Origin: Takakia lepidozioides
Lineage: Eukaryota > Plantae > Bryophyta
NCBI GenBank assembly: GCA_030704615.1
Contig: CM060733.1
Location: 32,426,001 to 32,490,000 of the forward strand
Direction: 5' to 3'
DNA length: 64,000 bases
The translations under genes were made by a program, and so were the position numbers. Positions 60,768-64,000 of this stretch are shown in pieces. The notes below the pieces were generated by a model. That model saw only the letters and a list, made by a program, of their open reading frames with translations. It searched no databases and was not told where the DNA came from. Positions within the stretch are counted from its first letter, which is position 1; every line of letters begins with the position of its first letter.

Positions 60768-61719
60768 TTTTTTCCTCTATTTCCATAATAACTTTCTCGC
60801 TTTGGAATGTGACCAAAAAGTGTAGGTTATATGTACATTGAATAATATTATTTTGGACAACAAATCGAAAATCGGTGCCGACTTTACTACATCCACTTAT
60901 ATGCATATTATGTTAAAATATTCAATTTGTCTCTATATACTTCATTTGTCATTCATATGTGCACTTTGTGTTCCTATGGTCTTAGGAGTTGTACCTTGTA
61001 ATTATGTGTGTTTGACTTATTTTCTGGGACATTTGGAGTGGGATTGTTTCCAAACCTTACCCAAACCAAAACTGAACCTTGTCTCATGACTCGTTTTCTA
61101 GTCCGAGTGAGTGTGGAAGGTAGGCTGCTCATGCTCATGTTCTCTCTACTCATCGCTCATGAGAAAACATTCCCTGTGCATTGAGCCATAGTTTTTGTCT
61201 CGCCTATTCTGTCTGGGAACCACCTTTCATATTAGCATGGTTGTTGATTGTTCGATTTGTTCCTTGTTTCGATTAACAAGTTGGGGGACTGTTGTCAGGT
61301 GCCTCTTACGAAAGAGTGGGTGTTCCGAGCATGCATGATACTTTTGCTCATGTGTGGTAGCTTTTCACCAACGATGGTGGTGTTTGTGTGCCCATTATTT
61401 TTCAGCTTAGGTGAACTCAGGTGACCCCTGTAGCATGTGGCACAATTAAATTTGCTCTCTTGTGTCTCTCCCTTTGGAATGAAATATTTTCCTTCTTTTT
61501 CTGATATATAGAAGAATCCGGCCCAAGCCAGCTTAAATGAGAGCCATCTCCGCTAGCAAGCCAAGATAGTGCCCCTGGTCGGGGGTGGGCTATATTTCTT
61601 TCTTTGGTATTAGCTAATGCTCTTTAACTTATACATTCAGAAGTTAGCCATGAGTCCTTTGGCCCTGCGCTTTCTTTCTTCTCTCTCTTTACTCTAACCA
61701 AGGAATTGCTTTTTATGGC

Positions 61720-62140
61720 TCCACCATTGAAGAAAAGGCGCTAGTAGAGCAATGGCTAGAAGTTGAAGGCCAAAACTATGAGAACTATGATCTCCTCAAA
61801 TCTCAGCTATTGTGTACCAGTTGCTTTTCAAATCTGTCTTCATTGGCCAACTGGCCGATGATGCCATTGTTGCAAAAAAAAAGGGAAAAACTGAGTAAGG
61901 TGTTGGATATGTATGAGGCACATCTCGCCAAACACAAGTATTTCGTCGAAGAATTTTTTAGTCTAGCAGATCTCAGCCACTTTGCCCTTTGCTAACTATC
62001 TATTCTATGTTGCCAAAAAACAAGATTTAATCACCTCCAGGAAGCAATAAATGTTGCTACATGATGGGAGGATATCTCCTTGCGTCCTACCTGGAAGAAG
62101 GTAGCTGACCTTGGGGCAACAACAATAGAATCTCTCATTT
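61720..62140 (+). pseudogene. GSTF: Phi-class glutathione S-transferase pseudogene (C-terminal domain)
   Basis: EEKALVEQWLEVEGQNY, EKLSKVLDMYEAHLAKHKY...FSLADLSH, WEDISLRPTWKKV; frameshifts and stops. Confidence 0.85.
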
Positions 62141-62229
62141 AGTGCCCAATTTTAGGCCAATTTTTGTGAGATTGATGCCAATGTATTCTCCATAGAGTGC
62201 TTTGTGCACTTTTGTTTTGGTTGGAAATA

Positions 62230-63344
62230 TCGCTACTAGTGAAATTTATATCTGGAACTTGCCACTACATAGTAAAATCTATTCAACTACATGACAACAT
62301 GGCTTGATAGTACATCTTACTCACGAAATGCACTAGTAGTTGTACTACACGTCGGCATGGGTTGGTAATCATCTTACTCAATACTAAAATGGATAACAAG
62401 ATACTTCCCCTACATAGTGATACTTTCAACTACACGTCGGCATGTGGTGAATCACTTCTCACTAAAGAGTGAAAATTCATGGTCATCAAATATTCACTAT
62501 ATAATAAATCATTCCACTACACATGCATTGGTGCAATGAAATGTATTACCGCCATGTGTGCTGGTGTAGTGAAATGTATTACTGCCATGTGTAGTGGTGT
62601 AGTGAAACTCATTCATTGCCACGCGTGCTACTGAAGTGAAACCACGAACCCCTACTCCCAAAAATTTGGTGGGCCCCAACATAGTGAAATATTTTCACTA
62701 CCTGAAAAGACTACCCATTTTAGGGCTGTACCACACTAGCGGCAAGAGGGACAGCGGCACTCAACTTCGGACCCTCGTATTGGTTGAAGGGAGGCCAGTG
62801 TGCCGCTCTCCCTACCACACTAGCGCTGCTGCCGGCGGAGAGGCGTTGACATGGCTCCGACCTGGCGCCTACATGTCACATTCCCGTGAAATACGGCTTT
62901 CCAGGCAGTGTCCCCTGGAAATCCACAATTTTAGGAAGACATTTTGTCCTGGCGCGATTCTCCCGCCATCGCGAAGCTGGTCTCTCGTCTCTCCGATCCC
63001 GTCGTGCGAGGGTATCTCCTACCTGGTTATTTTTTGAATGAAAAGATAAGGTAGTTGGGATTTTTTTGCCGCCCGGCTTATGCTATAGTGTGGTAGCCTA
63101 TTCATTGCCGCTTGATGACATGGACCTATATCATCCAACAATCCCTAGCCTAGCAACGTCCACGTGCTGTTGGTGTGCCGCTAGTGTTACGGCCCTTACT
63201 TCAGATCGAGCCAGAAATGACACTTCAGATCGAGCCAGAAATGACGCGCCTAAAACGACTAGGGTGTCAGTAGTCAAACATGCCTGAAATGACTCAAAAG
63301 GTAGTGAAATGTAGTCCTAAAAACCAGATCCTGTTGTTGTAGTG
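62230..63344. mobile_element. CACTA-like non-autonomous remnant
   Basis: Ends TTGTAGTG; many CACTAC/GTAGTGAAA subterminal-type repeats; 33-bp tandem at ~62537-62610 and 23-bp direct repeat at ~63199-63245. The left TIR is unclear. Confidence 0.45.
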
Positions 63345-64000
63345 ACCTTTTCATTGCCACTCTGCAGCTGTCCAAACACCCACCCCAAATCCACCCCAAA
63401 TGCATCCATTGCCACTACAACTTGCATAGCACCCTCACCACTTGCTTACTGTTTGAAAAGACCTCACGCTCTAATCATGTTGCCGAGGGAATCTTACTGG
63501 GTATGGGGACACAGGTAAGGATCTACAAATACGCACATAATTAGAAGCGATGGCGTCTACTGGGTAAACTGAATACTAGGACCTGCAGTGGCAGTAGCAG
63601 GGAGGTAGGTAGATTGGTGGAGTCCTTAAAAGCCACTGACTGAGATGGCCAGCCTTCTGGCCACACAGACAACAGTCACACTGGTCCATTATTAGTATGA
63701 AAAACTACTATCTATTATTTCTTACCGCACCCCCTTCACAATCATGAACCCTCCACTAATCAGTGACTAACCTCCCCGGGCAGGTCGGTGGCAGGATTCA
63801 AACAATCTGGTCACCATCTCTAGAGCATCACAAGAATGTGATATTTAGGACAGGCCAGGGCGACAATAATACCCACTTGAGCTTTGACATTTGTGTAATA
63901 CTGTGTAGAGAAATGTGAGGAACGAGGACTCTGTGCATTGATGGTTGTGTTGAGTATATTGTAGACGTGCGAAGGAATATTTGTAGTACTAAAGTCTTGT

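Overview
Repeat-rich nuclear DNA from a non-seed land plant, probably a bryophyte; this is inferred from PLS-class PPR genes, GT-AG introns and the TE types. Host-type genes: an intronless truncated SIN3-like ORF (17209-18498), a PLS-PPR gene whose upstream exons encode a canonical OSB/PDF ssDNA-binding motif (minus strand, ~21200-25770), many degenerate PDF-PPR paralog pieces, and a phi-class GST pseudogene. Mobile DNA: (i) a Ty1/copia element broken in gag by a ~23 kb inversion; (ii) a 10.6 kb Ty3/gypsy element (30228-40795) encoding a DNMT3-like C5 cytosine methyltransferase between protease and RT, plus a PHD-finger remnant. It carries captured COR413 and GEM/GRAM fragments, has a self-primer instead of a tRNA PBS, and has permuted terminal repeats (X...Y-X-Y) that look like integration of a 2-LTR circle cut at an internal GACA-GC-TGTC palindrome; (iii) three multi-exon regions (Sola-like transposase; ParB-like plus Pol II CTD-like repeats; tandem FCP1-like phosphatases) linked by a recurrent 24-bp palindrome, two of them also by a shared 26-bp end motif, which may be one large multigene DNA-transposon family; (iv) PIF/Harbinger, Helitron, CACTA-like and MITE remnants. 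All family calls come from motif recognition by eye; no database searches were run.
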